Shown: piece by piece, positions 19,161 through 29,189 of the stretch
Position numbering within the stretch: the first letter of the stretch is position 1
Layout: each line of letters opens with the position of its first letter
Made by a program: the position numbers and the translations under genes
IMG/VR virus record: IMGVR_UViG_3300023179_000062
Coordinates: 21,487 to 85,486 of that record
Direction: 5' to 3' (one strand)
Length of the DNA stretch: 64,000 nt
Source of the DNA: a virus
The notes under the pieces: model-generated
What the model saw: the letters and a program-made list of their open reading frames with translations, nothing else
Told to the model about the DNA's origin: nothing
Databases searched by the model: none

Positions 19161-20078
19161 TTAATCTCGGTCTTCCCAATTTCCTACATAATTAAGGGCA
19201 ACCCATTTATAAGGAACGGGTATATTCCAGTTAACCGTAGCTATTCCTTGATCGGTTTTGGTTAATGATTCGGGATCAACCACATCAATATATTCTCCAT
19301 TAATAAATGTGCCTGATACATTACTAAGAAGAGTGAAATAGTCTGATATATGATATACAAAATTGCCCAATGCACTACTTGTTCGCCCCATGACAGTATC
19401 ACCTAAATTAAAAATACCATTCCATGCATATACCCACATTTGCACTTCATTCACGGGTAACACCATTAATTCTAAATAATTACCAACATCACTTGCATAA
19501 CAAGAATATTGTGCCATTTGTCGTCCTATACGAAAACACCATGTACCTGTATCATCTGCGATATTAGGATATACAGAGAATCTAGTAGTTGATTCGGGTC
19601 TAGTCGAAAGAAATTTAAAAACTCCTTGTCCTAGACATGCAGATAATGGAGGTAAACGGAAATTTATACTACTCCAATATGGGGTGGATTGGTCGGTTAT
19701 AATTAATCCTGCCTGTTCTACTGTAAGAGGAACTTGATACCATCCTGATACAACAGCAGAAGAAATAAAGATACTATTCATCCATGATGCTGAATGAGTT
19801 TGAACAATAGTGGTCGTGTCGTTATTACCGCCTCCCCATCCAGCAGATAGAGAACTTACTGTATTATAATTACTATCATAATTAATAATTTTAGCATCTG
19901 TAAGACTTTCATCATTTAAAAATATATTAGTGGCGCTTAAATCGCCTGTGAGGGTTCCACCAGTCAGCGGCAGATAATTAACCAATAAATTACCCACTAC
20001 TTGGTTAAAATCTGTAATATCTTTAACCGTATGGGTATGGGAAATCTTTTTGGTTACTATTTGCTGAGAACAACTCAT
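19161..20078 (-). CDS. fibre-like structural protein
   Basis: HTHTVKDITDF and YLPLTGGTLTG fibre motifs; late box 20084-20089. Confidence 0.65.
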   Translation of the reverse strand: MSCSQQIVTKKISHTHTVKDITDFNQVVGNLLVNYLPLTGGTLTGDLSATNIFLNDESLTDAKIINYDSNYNTVSSLSAGWGGGNNDTTTIVQTHSASWMNSIFISSAVVSGWYQVPLTVEQAGLIITDQSTPYWSSINFRLPPLSACLGQGVFKFLSTRPESTTRFSVYPNIADDTGTWCFRIGRQMAQYSCYASDVGNYLELMVLPVNEVQMWVYAWNGIFNLGDTVMGRTSSALGNFVYHISDYFTLLSNVSGTFINGEYIDVVDPESLTKTDQGIATVNWNIPVPYKWVALNYVGNWEDRD

Positions 20079-20086
20079 AGTTTTAT

Positions 20087-21352
20087 TTATTGTAAATCAG
20101 TTACCGTGATTTCTCCCAACTGCATTAACTCTCTAATCTGTTCAAGAATAGCTTCTCGATTTATGCCTTCAGGCTCATAATAGATAATATCTTCTGTATC
20201 GCTTATAAGAGTTGGGGCGTTTAGATCACTGGTTATGATTAATCCATTTAAATATGGAAATTGTTCTACGCACCAATTATAGTGTTCGGGCAGATTTATT
20301 GGGTAAGGATTTTCTGAGCGGCTACATCTATTCGCATCTTTGGTAAGTCTGCTCCATCCGCAATCTGTTACTGCAATGATATCTGTAAATCCTATAACCT
20401 TTGCAGCAGGTAAATCAAATGATAACTTCTGTGGTGAGAATATTGAATATTCAGAAATGGGATAACCATTGAAAACTGATCCATCAGGGGCATTATATGC
20501 AGACATTGGATACATCGACGAGTCGCTTCCGCTTACAAATAAACTAGTAACTCTCTCAAATCCGCCACCTTCTACTGTAATAGTAGGAGTATCAGTAGTT
20601 TTGAAATAATATTTATCAATATAGCGCAATTGTGGTACTCCTGATATAGAATAGGATTCAGTAACATTATCAGCAGTATTAGATGATAATTTATCATAAT
20701 CACATGATAGCATATCAGTAATGACTATATCATCATATATAAAGCATATAGGTTTTACTGGTTCTAATTCAGTTCTAAATAGCCATGTTTTTATGACCAT
20801 ATTAAGTGTTGCACTTAATCTATAAGATTTATCATTAGGTAAATCTCCACCCACTGTTGGATATTCAATCGCAACTTGTCCATCCCAATTAACTTCCACA
20901 TTTAATTTTTTACCTGTTTTTGGTTCTTTTAGTGAATAAACTAAATATGGATTAATAAATAAAGCGATATTTTGGATAATTTGATCCATATCCTGTTGAT
21001 ATTTGCTAAGGATATTCAATTGAACATTAATATTCCAAGGTATAGGACGAATATTAATGTATCCTCCTTTTGGATTTTGATAAACGATGTCTTGAATTTT
21101 ATTTTTATTACGTGCATCGTCCCGGCCCATACCTGTCATTGTCATACCTATAATAGGAAATTTGATAGTATCTGGCTGTCCTTTAATATCTTGTAAAATA
21201 CGAGTTTTTGGACCATAAACAAAATTAACCTTAATTCTATCGGTCATTTTTTCGTTCATGTCTTCATAACGACGAATCTCTATATCGTCTAAAGCAGACT
21301 CAAGCATCTTCAAATTTTTGGTAATTTCGAAATTATAGTTATATTCGTTCAC
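20087..21352 (-). CDS. gp15: tail sheath stabilizer/terminator (gp15-like) with C-terminal Ig/IPT-like extension
   Basis: I.V..VYGPK...D..RNKNK...PIPWNINVQL.I.SKYQ.DMDQI.QNI...F.P; GTG start with late box 21361-21366. Confidence 0.8.
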   Translation of the reverse strand: MNEYNYNFEITKNLKMLESALDDIEIRRYEDMNEKMTDRIKVNFVYGPKTRILQDIKGQPDTIKFPIIGMTMTGMGRDDARNKNKIQDIVYQNPKGGYINIRPIPWNINVQLNILSKYQQDMDQIIQNIALFINPYLVYSLKEPKTGKKLNVEVNWDGQVAIEYPTVGGDLPNDKSYRLSATLNMVIKTWLFRTELEPVKPICFIYDDIVITDMLSCDYDKLSSNTADNVTESYSISGVPQLRYIDKYYFKTTDTPTITVEGGGFERVTSLFVSGSDSSMYPMSAYNAPDGSVFNGYPISEYSIFSPQKLSFDLPAAKVIGFTDIIAVTDCGWSRLTKDANRCSRSENPYPINLPEHYNWCVEQFPYLNGLIITSDLNAPTLISDTEDIIYYEPEGINREAILEQIRELMQLGEITVTDLQ

Positions 21353-21360
21353 AGTAATAC

Positions 21361-21374
21361 TATTTATGTAAATA
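21361..21374. promoter_or_regulatory. back-to-back divergent late promoters (TATTTA-tg-TAAATA) for gp15 and gp14
   Basis: The 27-bp intergenic gap holds both boxes, 8 and 5 nt from the start codons. Confidence 0.75.
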
Positions 21375-21379
21375 ATATT

Positions 21380-22165
21380 ATGTCTTACGGTAATCCTAAC
21401 TTTTCATTCAACCCGAAAATGGGTTATTCCTTTGACCCTTCGGGGAATAATAAGAGTGCGGAAAATAGTAATCCCGTTCCTGTAACAGATAATTTATATG
21501 TTCCGAAATGCGGAAACAACTTTATCGAAAATAACCATAAACAACAATATCAGGAATATGTGAATAACTATGGACAAACCGTATCGTATCAGCCTGTAAA
21601 GTATAATTTCAATACACATAACTTCCTTTATGGAGAAGACCCTACATCAGGATATTTCTATGCGCGTAAGGTAAAGGCAATCATTGACTTTAATTCATAT
21701 ACTACATTCTTGACTAAATTTGGTATTATGTCAGATGCTGATATTACCATTTATATTCCTATTTCAGAATTTTCCCGTGCATGGGGTTCTCCTCAAGGAG
21801 AAACATATCCACTTGCAGGCGATTTATTCATGATAGATGATTCTGCATGTGATAGACCATTAGGACAATCTCCTATGGTATTTGAAGTCACAGATAAAGA
21901 CGACAAGATTAAACCCGTGGATTTCATGGGTAAACATTATGTTTGGAGATTGACTGCTAAGCGTTTCGACTACAGCTACGAACCAAATGCTCCTCTCGAA
22001 AGATTCCTATCCGAAAATACATCGGATTCCAAGGAATATGGAAGATTGCCGGGTGGTGCAAATCCACCTGATCTTTCAGGGAAAGACTATGATGTGGATG
22101 ATTTTGCTAATAAAGAGTTTAAATTACCAGATAAAGAACAATCAGTGTATGGAAAGTACTTATAA
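21380..22165 (+). CDS. gp14: head closure/neck protein (gp14-like)
   Basis: E....YG..V.Y...LYGEDP...F..KFGI...D.....I....F...P.AGDL...FE....YVW.L...RF.YSYE. Confidence 0.8.
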   Translation: MSYGNPNFSFNPKMGYSFDPSGNNKSAENSNPVPVTDNLYVPKCGNNFIENNHKQQYQEYVNNYGQTVSYQPVKYNFNTHNFLYGEDPTSGYFYARKVKAIIDFNSYTTFLTKFGIMSDADITIYIPISEFSRAWGSPQGETYPLAGDLFMIDDSACDRPLGQSPMVFEVTDKDDKIKPVDFMGKHYVWRLTAKRFDYSYEPNAPLERFLSENTSDSKEYGRLPGGANPPDLSGKDYDVDDFANKEFKLPDKEQSVYGKYL

Positions 22166-22182
22166 ATGTGATATATTAGTAT

Positions 22183-22941
22183 ATGGGTAGAATAAAATGG
22201 ACTGATGAAATGTTACATTCTGATGCATTAAAATATAAACATAGAAGTGATTGGCAGAAGAATTCCAGTGGTTATCAAATTGCTGATCGTAGAAATTTAT
22301 TAGATAGTTGCTGTCAACATATGGTGCCTAAAATAAATTGTTACACCCATAATATCGGTGTGATATATGCATTTATGTTTGATGATAAAACCATATATAT
22401 TGGACTGTCAGTTTCGCTACAGAAAAGATATAACTATCATTTAAGAGAAGGAATAGTTAATAAAAAAATTAATACATCTATACCTTATAAATTTATAATT
22501 TTGGAACAAAATATCCCTAATCAAATGCTATCAGAGAAAGAAATATTTTATATAGACAAATTTAAAAATGATGGATGGAATTTATTAAATATTGCTAAGG
22601 GTGGAAGTAGAGGTGGTACTTATATTAAAATTAAAAATGAAGAATTGATGAAATCTGCTTCAAAATATTCTTCAAGAACAGAATGGGCAAGACAGGAACA
22701 TAAATTATATAATGTGGCGGTTCATAGAAAATTAGTAGATAAATGTTGTGAACATATGACTGTTATTAAACGATCTTGGAATATTTCTGATGCAATTAAT
22801 GAAGCACAAAAATATTCAACTATTTCTGAATGGCAAAAAAATAATAAGTCATCTTACAATTTTTTATATAGAAAACCGGAAATGATGGATGCCATTGCAC
22901 ATATGAATAGACATTATATTAGAAAAACTAATACTATATAA
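22183..22941 (+). mobile_element. free-standing GIY-YIG homing endonuclease
   Basis: GVIYAF...IYIGLS...KRY..H...EKE..YI...LLN catalytic motif plus three A.KY....W DNA-binding-type repeats; inserted between gp14 and gp21. Confidence 0.8.
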
Positions 22942-22955
22942 TAAATAATCATTAT

Positions 22956-23636
22956 ATGCAAATCGCTCGTAAATTAATAGTAGAATCACCTAATTATGAT
23001 CTTGTTTTCGAAAAAGTACAAGAAAATAGGGATTCTGATAAAAGGTACTTCATTACGGGACAGTATGTAATGATGAATCGCGGTAACAAAAATCGCCGTA
23101 TTTATGAGGAAGATGAAATGGTTCCTGCCGTTGATACCTATATTAAAGAATATGTTCTTGAAAACCGTGGGGGTGGAGAACTTAATCACTCTGACAAGCC
23201 AGATGTGGACTTGACAAAGTTAGCAGATAAAATCGTTCATCTTGAACGTGATAAACATGACTCAGATTATTATCTTGGGCGTTCTTTAGTACTATCAACC
23301 CCATCCGGTAAAATCCTTGAATCATTGATTCATGATGGTGTAAAGTTTGGTAAGTCAACTAAATGCTTAGGTCAAATTTCTGAAAGCACTGACGGTTTCA
23401 ATCGTGTTAAAATGCCTATTCTCGTCTTAGTTGATAACGTATTTGATCCTTCCGTTTCCACTGCATTCGTAAATGGAATCTGTGAAAATAGAGAATATAT
23501 CATTGGAAATGATGGCAAGATTGCCCGTGCATATGAAGCATTAGATGCAAGTCTTTCCAAATATCCTTCCAAGCACTCGGATGAAATCCGTGCCTATATC
23601 TTTGAAAACCTTCAGAAATTCCTTGCAAAAATTTAA
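22956..23636 (+). CDS. gp21: prohead core protease
   Basis: NKNRRIY, GELNH, L.TPSGKI..SLI..GV.FG.S...LG, D.V.DPS...AFVNGI.E. Confidence 0.93.
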   Translation: MQIARKLIVESPNYDLVFEKVQENRDSDKRYFITGQYVMMNRGNKNRRIYEEDEMVPAVDTYIKEYVLENRGGGELNHSDKPDVDLTKLADKIVHLERDKHDSDYYLGRSLVLSTPSGKILESLIHDGVKFGKSTKCLGQISESTDGFNRVKMPILVLVDNVFDPSVSTAFVNGICENREYIIGNDGKIARAYEALDASLSKYPSKHSDEIRAYIFENLQKFLAKI

Positions 23637-23641
23637 TTAAT

Positions 23642-23929
23642 ATGAACACTCATTCTGAATTAGAATTAATATATGAAAATATGCTCACCCCGATAGGAGC
23701 ATTAAGTATTACTCAACAGCAACAACCTGTACAAGTTACAGAAATTGAAGAAGAGATGTCGGAAGCCGACGAAGTGAAAATTGCTAAACAAATACTTAAA
23801 CAAGTAGATCAATTGGATATGGCGGCAAGTGAAGCAGCAGTTAAAACATATCGCCGCAAATTAGAATCTATTGCTGATGCTATCAGAGATTTAACTAGTT
23901 TGTTAATTCAGGGACACCCCGGCGTATGA
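23642..23929 (+). CDS. hypothetical protein, candidate core/internal protein
   Basis: Leader ELELIYE; directly follows gp21. Confidence 0.6.
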   Translation: MNTHSELELIYENMLTPIGALSITQQQQPVQVTEIEEEMSEADEVKIAKQILKQVDQLDMAASEAAVKTYRRKLESIADAIRDLTSLLIQGHPGV

Positions 23930-24135
23930 CACAAAAATTTGATAAATTTGTAAACGATTTAATTTCTAAATATGGTGAAAAAGAAGTATATTCGGGTATA
24001 GATGTTGAAAAAGAACACAAAGATATTACGCATGGAGATAAGCTAAAAACAGCTAAAATAGCTGCTGTACATTTAAAAGAAAGACCTGATTACTACAAAA
24101 AACTTAAAAAATACGTAGAATCTAATAGCAATTAG
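23926..24135 (+). CDS. DUF5661-like small protein
   Basis: G..VE.EH...A.KIA..HL.E.PDYY.KL motif; leader MTQKFDKFV. Confidence 0.7.
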   Translation: MTQKFDKFVNDLISKYGEKEVYSGIDVEKEHKDITHGDKLKTAKIAAVHLKERPDYYKKLKKYVESNSN

Positions 24136-24533
24136 CAATTCCATTTTCTTAAGCTTTTATTGATGCGGCTATCTGGATCATTTGCAGTTTTAGCAGAAGT
24201 TAATTTAGATTTCATGCCTTTCATACGTGAGCAAAAAGATTTTCGACGTTTTGCAGATTTACTCCCTTTTTTCAATTTAGAGGGTTCAGTAGTTACTGCT
24301 GTTTGTAATTTAGAACCGGGATGTTCCCTTTTATATGACTCCACCCCTTTTTTATTAAGACCGCCTTCGGGATTTTTCCCTTCTTTTCGTTGCCATGCAG
24401 GGGTTGAACTTTCTTGGACAGGCACACAATTTGGTACTGTTCTTTTCCCCTTCTTTTTCATTCCTACTTTCTTGTAGCCTTTCCAACAGGATTCTAAGAT
24501 AGAAGTTACATATTCGTCAAATTGTTCGGTCAT
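24132..24533 (-). CDS. DUF6321-like basic protein
   Basis: AWQRKEGKNPEGGLN...RRKSFC.RM.G...SLRKWNC preceded by CWKGY..VG...VPNCVP; late box 24540-24545. Confidence 0.75.
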   Translation of the reverse strand: MTEQFDEYVTSILESCWKGYKKVGMKKKGKRTVPNCVPVQESSTPAWQRKEGKNPEGGLNKKGVESYKREHPGSKLQTAVTTEPSKLKKGSKSAKRRKSFCSRMKGMKSKLTSAKTANDPDSRINKSLRKWNC

Positions 24534-24538
24534 GTATA

Positions 24539-24739
24539 TTATTTACATTTTTTTATATTATATGTGTTGTTGTAATGAATTTTGATTTGATTAGTAAGAA
24601 AATGCATGATTCGTCCTTCATTTTCTAATGCAACAGTCCATACATCATTCTCATGCATTCCATTTTCTTTTATATATAGTACATAACCTTGCCCCATTGG
24701 AGTGACTACAGGAATAGGGTCTTTTGGTTCAAATATCAT
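24539..24739 (-). CDS. conserved phage hypothetical protein
   Basis: 66 aa, PIPVVTPMG.GY...NDVWTV. Confidence 0.6.
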   Translation of the reverse strand: MIFEPKDPIPVVTPMGQGYVLYIKENGMHENDVWTVALENEGRIMHFLTNQIKIHYNNTYNIKKCK

Positions 24740-24794
24740 TTATCTGAATATAAAAATGCCAGTATGAAGTTGGAGTGAATCAGATGAAGATGAT

Positions 24795-25244
24795 TTAATA
24801 TCTTGATGTTCCCCGCATCCACGAAGGGATATCTGTCGTTTTTGGCATCGGAGTAGATTGTTGTTTCGGACCTTGACTTGACGTATTAGGTTGATTGGGC
24901 ATTGCGGTATTACTTCCAGTGGGTGTGGATGGTTGATTAGATGTAGCTAAAAATTGTGGAAATTTCTGTTGAATCTGATTAAGAAGATTTTTACTTATTT
25001 GTGCAGTGAAATTTCTAGGAGAGAGCTTACTAACTGAACCGCTTGTATTTATAACTGAACCGTCTTGTGTATATGGTAGATATTCGGATTGAATACTGGG
25101 GTCCATATTATTATAGGTATTAGCATCTGTTATTTTTCTAGCATTACCATTCGCATCAAATGACATATATCCTATGGCTTGTGGAGAAGATTTATTATAT
25201 AATGCTTCAACTATACATTCTAATTTATTATTATTATATGTCAT
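24795..25244 (-). CDS. hypothetical protein with Q/P/S/T-rich tail
   Basis: 149 aa; late box 25251-25256. Confidence 0.6.
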   Translation of the reverse strand: MTYNNNKLECIVEALYNKSSPQAIGYMSFDANGNARKITDANTYNNMDPSIQSEYLPYTQDGSVINTSGSVSKLSPRNFTAQISKNLLNQIQQKFPQFLATSNQPSTPTGSNTAMPNQPNTSSQGPKQQSTPMPKTTDIPSWMRGTSRY

Positions 25245-25272
25245 ATAATATATTTATAGATTAATTCAAATT

Positions 25273-25461
25273 TTATAGGTCTTCATAACTATATGAGGTA
25301 TAATCCATTTCATCATATACATCCTTATGACCTTGACATGCATGTAGCCAAGTCCAAGAATCTCCGTCACCCTCATCACCAACTACTTTAACATCTCCCC
25401 AACAAGGTTTTTCCTCAGTTGAAAGATAGTTATATGTGCAATCTGATCCAGTAGCTTCCAT
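25273..25461 (-). CDS. small hypothetical protein
   Basis: 62 aa; TAAGTA variant box 25468-25473. Confidence 0.5.
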   Translation of the reverse strand: MEATGSDCTYNYLSTEEKPCWGDVKVVGDEGDGDSWTWLHACQGHKDVYDEMDYTSYSYEDL

Positions 25462-25486
25462 ATTATCTACTTATTGGGGTATTTAC

Positions 25487-26821
25487 TTATTCAAGTAATA
25501 TTACATTTTCGTCGTCAAGTTGTTCCGATTCTTGTAGATTAAAACGGAAAGATTTTAATTTATAAACTTCCCATTCATTAGGTTTATCATTTCGAACAAT
25601 TATTCCTTCTGCTGGAGTATGTGGAACTTTGGTACAGAAACGACAATCTTTTTCAAGATAATCATTCATTAATAATTGTAATAAATCATCATGCCAATGA
25701 TCATCCCTTAAAAGCTTATATAATAATCCTGCCTTTCCTTGATAATGCAGTAGAGGAGTTTTAATATTAAATTTATTACAATAATCTACTACTTGAGAAT
25801 GTGATAATTCAAAGACATCGCCTACCGAATTAGTGAAGGTCATACGATAAACAATACATTCTAATTTACCTTCTTCGCAACCATAATCATAATTCTTCTG
25901 GATCATCGAACCTGTTGGAGTATATCCTACGATTTCTCCATAGAAACTATATCCCGGTTTTAATGAAGGATATAATCTTTCCGAAGCAATTTTCCACACA
26001 TCTGAATCATAATAATGGTTGTTCTCTTTATCATCATTTAATGTTGAATTTTTAATAACACTTCTGGAACTATAAAGCATACCATATTCCGTTTCATTTA
26101 TATTAGCACCAAAGAATTTACCAATTCTATCAATTAATGATAGTTTCTTTTTAACCAAAACATTAGATACTACAAAAGAAGTTCCGTGATATTTTTCAGT
26201 AATAATGATATTATCATCAAAATTAATTTTTGAAATACATCTTTTTAGATGTTCCGTTGAAGGATGGAAATGGAACTGGTTATCGACCAATTTAGAAGCA
26301 TATCTTTTCACGTTTCCGCGAGTCTTCTTAGAAGAAGCAAGACCACTATTTTCAAGTCCTTTTGCGATATATTTCTTACATAGTTGATGTCCACAGATAG
26401 TATCAAAGTCTATGCCTGCATAGTCTGTTGAACTATCTTCAATCATGACAGGGTTATCCAGTACTACTTCACAGAACAATTCAAGAGCAGATACTGGTAC
26501 AATATACCCTTCGCTCTTTGAACCACGGAGACGTAATGCACGCACACGACCATGATATTCGAAGAAACCTTTTGCGGTCTTATCTTTGTTCAATTCTGGT
26601 TCACGATATGAGTTATGGAACTTGAGAAATTCATTGCTGATTGCACATTCCAATGGGAAATAGCAATATAATCCCGGTTCCGCATCAATACCTGTGATAA
26701 CATTGTTCCCGAAAAGAGATACCATCTTAAGCTTATTTGCATTAGGGTGGGGTCTGAATTCAGCTATATTAACTATAGATGCTAGATAATTTGCGTTATG
26801 ATCTGTTGATTTTGTAAACAT
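25487..26821 (-). CDS. RNA ligase (Rnl2/DRB0094-like) with N-terminal OB-fold
   Basis: Motif I TEKYHGTS, FYGEIVG, AEGIIVR, KLKS; N-terminal PHPNANKL tRNA-binding-like segment. Confidence 0.85.
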   Translation of the reverse strand: MFTKSTDHNANYLASIVNIAEFRPHPNANKLKMVSLFGNNVITGIDAEPGLYCYFPLECAISNEFLKFHNSYREPELNKDKTAKGFFEYHGRVRALRLRGSKSEGYIVPVSALELFCEVVLDNPVMIEDSSTDYAGIDFDTICGHQLCKKYIAKGLENSGLASSKKTRGNVKRYASKLVDNQFHFHPSTEHLKRCISKINFDDNIIITEKYHGTSFVVSNVLVKKKLSLIDRIGKFFGANINETEYGMLYSSRSVIKNSTLNDDKENNHYYDSDVWKIASERLYPSLKPGYSFYGEIVGYTPTGSMIQKNYDYGCEEGKLECIVYRMTFTNSVGDVFELSHSQVVDYCNKFNIKTPLLHYQGKAGLLYKLLRDDHWHDDLLQLLMNDYLEKDCRFCTKVPHTPAEGIIVRNDKPNEWEVYKLKSFRFNLQESEQLDDENVILLE

Positions 26822-26826
26822 ATGTC

Positions 26827-26854
26827 ATTATACTATATTTTAAGTCGTTGTCAA
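26827..26854 (-). promoter_or_regulatory. sigma70-type early promoter TTGACA-16-TATAAT, 5 nt before the RNA ligase ATG
   Basis: Reverse complement ttgaca acgacttaaaatatag tataat gacat ATG. Confidence 0.8.
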
Positions 26855-27481
26855 TTACCATTCTTGTTCGTATCCATAAAACTCTTTATCTTCTTCATAT
26901 TCGGGGGTATAGGCTCCATTATATTTTTTAGATGATTGTGGAGATAATGAATGCCATCCATATGTCTTTTTAGGTGATTGTAAGGATACCCCGTGCCAGC
27001 CTTGAAGCTCTTTATTAATTTCATCATAATCTGTAAGAACATCATATTCTTCAGAGGATGCATCATCATTTGCATCATAGATTGCCTCCATAAGTTTTTC
27101 TCTAGCACGTTTAGTATGATCAGGAATAACTGTTTGGTCTTCCGCAAACAAAGCAATGCCTTCTTTATTTTTCATGAAACTTCTTGCGCCCTTCTTAACA
27201 ACACGACCATGTTTTTGCCATGCGTCAAAAGTTCGAAAAAAAGTATAAACATAAAAATATTCAATTACCCAAGTAGGCAATTTACTTTTAGTATCAGCTA
27301 AAAGATCATCAAATAATCGTTTAGCACGGGCTTTATGTCCTGTTTCGATTTTGTTATAAACTAATCGAATTTTACCAAATTCTTCAATATTAGTTACCCC
27401 ATAATAATTGTTATAATTATGCCAGCAATACCATAGCGTAGCTTGCTCGTCTCCAATGCGTTCTTTTATTGTTTTATTCAT
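26855..27481 (-). CDS. hypothetical protein with ArdC-N-like motif
   Basis: FRTFDAWQKHGRVVKKGARS resembles the TF.QW...G..VKKGEK motif. Confidence 0.55.
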   Translation of the reverse strand: MNKTIKERIGDEQATLWYCWHNYNNYYGVTNIEEFGKIRLVYNKIETGHKARAKRLFDDLLADTKSKLPTWVIEYFYVYTFFRTFDAWQKHGRVVKKGARSFMKNKEGIALFAEDQTVIPDHTKRAREKLMEAIYDANDDASSEEYDVLTDYDEINKELQGWHGVSLQSPKKTYGWHSLSPQSSKKYNGAYTPEYEEDKEFYGYEQEW

Positions 27482-27482
27482 A

Positions 27483-27977
27483 TTAAAATTTTCTCCTTTT
27501 ATCTATAACTTTGACTGGTTCTGGATTAAATGATAGATAATATTCTTTCATTAACTTGAACAATGTAGTGTTTGGAACGGCGATTCTTCTACCGTCTCCT
27601 GTCCATTCATATCCCAATAATTCCATACAGAATTGTGCTACAGCGGCTGAACGAGACTTTCCTGCGCGACAGTTAACAAACACATGTTTATTTTTATGTG
27701 CTAAGATGAAATCTACGATAGTTTTTGCGTCTTTTTCATTAGGAGGATATAAGAAAATTTCTTTATCATCCCCTCCTATAGCTGGTACTGGAACAGTTAA
27801 ATCCCAAAAATTGATATGCAGGTTAGGCAGATCATCTAAAAATGGATTTCTAACTGCATCGTAAGACATATGAGCATGACCCGGTTCACCTATGGCAATC
27901 CAAATGGCTTTATCAGGATCGACATAAGTTGACCAATCTCTCATGGTTCTTCGAGGAAAATTAACTACCGTTGTCAT
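27483..27977 (-). CDS. CX5R protein-tyrosine/dual-specificity phosphatase family protein
   Basis: VFVNCRAGKSRSAAVA active-site loop; downstream PN motif. Confidence 0.88.
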   Translation of the reverse strand: MTTVVNFPRRTMRDWSTYVDPDKAIWIAIGEPGHAHMSYDAVRNPFLDDLPNLHINFWDLTVPVPAIGGDDKEIFLYPPNEKDAKTIVDFILAHKNKHVFVNCRAGKSRSAAVAQFCMELLGYEWTGDGRRIAVPNTTLFKLMKEYYLSFNPEPVKVIDKRRKF

Positions 27978-27983
27978 GATATT

Positions 27984-28012
27984 AGCATAACATATTATCC
28001 AAAGTTAAGCAA
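27984..28012 (-). promoter_or_regulatory. sigma70-type early promoter TTGCTT-17-TATGCT (extended TG), 6 nt before ATG
   Basis: Reverse complement ttgctt aactttggataatatgt tatgct aatatc ATG. Confidence 0.65.
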
Positions 28013-28052
28013 ATTATTGTTTTATTTAAAACAAATCAATAAATATTAAATT

Positions 28053-28220
28053 ATGACTAGCGAAGCCCAATCACATATTCAGAAGTTTCTATATAATTTA
28101 TCTATGGAGAATTATTCAGATGCAGATAAAAATCTTAACAATCTTGTAAAACAGAAGGTAGATCGAAGATTTAATGATGCAACGGAGAAGGTTAAGAGTG
28201 ATTTAACGAAGATAAAATAA
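28053..28220 (+). CDS. small prohead core protein candidate (gp67/68-like, 55 aa), missed by the ORF track
   Basis: MTSEAQSHIQKFLYNLSMENYSDADKNLNNLVKQKVDRRF...; own late box 28040-28045; directly before gp22. Confidence 0.65.
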   Translation: MTSEAQSHIQKFLYNLSMENYSDADKNLNNLVKQKVDRRFNDATEKVKSDLTKIK

Positions 28221-28255
28221 TAGAAAATATAACTATTTCAATAAATAATCCTTAT

Positions 28256-29164
28256 ATGTTAAATGAATTACAACCTATTTTTGAGCAGATTGATAAAAAT
28301 CTCTTTAATGAAGACACCATGCAGAAGATTGCATCAATCGTTGAATCTAAAGTCAACGAAAAAGTTGAGTCCCGTGTAACCCTTGAAGTTGAATCTGCTA
28401 AACAGATACAGGAAGAAGATTACACTAACAAGATGCAACACCTTGTAAAAGTTATCAAAGAAAATATTGATAAAGACCATTTAGCTAAAATTAAATTTGT
28501 AGTTGAAAAAATCAACACAGATCATATGGACAAGCTTATTAAGCTTAAAGAAAACTATGAAAACCTCTTAAAGAAAACTGCCGTGGAGCACAAGATGCAA
28601 TTGGTAGAAGGCGTTGATGCGTTTTTGGAAAAGTATATTGACAAGAATCTTCCTTCCCAAGTAATAGAAGAAGCTGCAAAAAATACTCACGTTTCAAATC
28701 TTCTAAATGAAGCCCGTAAGGTTCTTGCAGTTGATCCTACTTTTGTTAAAGATAATATTAAAGAAGCCATCGTGGATGGTAAGAAACAAGTGGATCGTCT
28801 CATTCGTGAAAATGCTGAATTGAAACAAGCAAAAGCATCCGAAGAAACTTCAAGATTCCTTGCAGAGAAGACCGCAAATCTTCCTCTAAATACAGCAAAA
28901 TTTGTACGTAGTCGTTTAGCAAATAAACCACTAAAAGTAGTTAAAGAAAACTTTGACTACGTTGTTGAAATGTTTTCGGTTCAAGAAAAGAAAAATAAAG
29001 TTTCTTTAGTGAATGAAAACAAACAACCTATTTCTAACGTTGATCGGTCTAAAATTTCCGGTGATGCAACAACAATAATTGAAAGTACTGAAAAGAGACA
29101 ACCCCTATCTTCTGCAAATCCGCTAGAAGATATGTATATGGGCATCCTTAATTCACGAAATTAA
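28256..29164 (+). CDS. gp22: prohead core scaffold protein
   Basis: Glu/Lys coiled coil, LVE.VD.FL..Y motif, directly upstream of the capsid gene. Confidence 0.85.
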   Translation: MLNELQPIFEQIDKNLFNEDTMQKIASIVESKVNEKVESRVTLEVESAKQIQEEDYTNKMQHLVKVIKENIDKDHLAKIKFVVEKINTDHMDKLIKLKENYENLLKKTAVEHKMQLVEGVDAFLEKYIDKNLPSQVIEEAAKNTHVSNLLNEARKVLAVDPTFVKDNIKEAIVDGKKQVDRLIRENAELKQAKASEETSRFLAEKTANLPLNTAKFVRSRLANKPLKVVKENFDYVVEMFSVQEKKNKVSLVNENKQPISNVDRSKISGDATTIIESTEKRQPLSSANPLEDMYMGILNSRN

Positions 29165-29175
29165 TAGATAAACAC

Positions 29176-29181
29176 TAAATA
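29176..29181 (+). promoter_or_regulatory. late promoter box for gp23 (example of about 43 TAAATA sites)
   Basis: TAAATA 8 nt before ATG 29190; no SD. Confidence 0.7.
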
Positions 29182-29189
29182 TAAAATAT

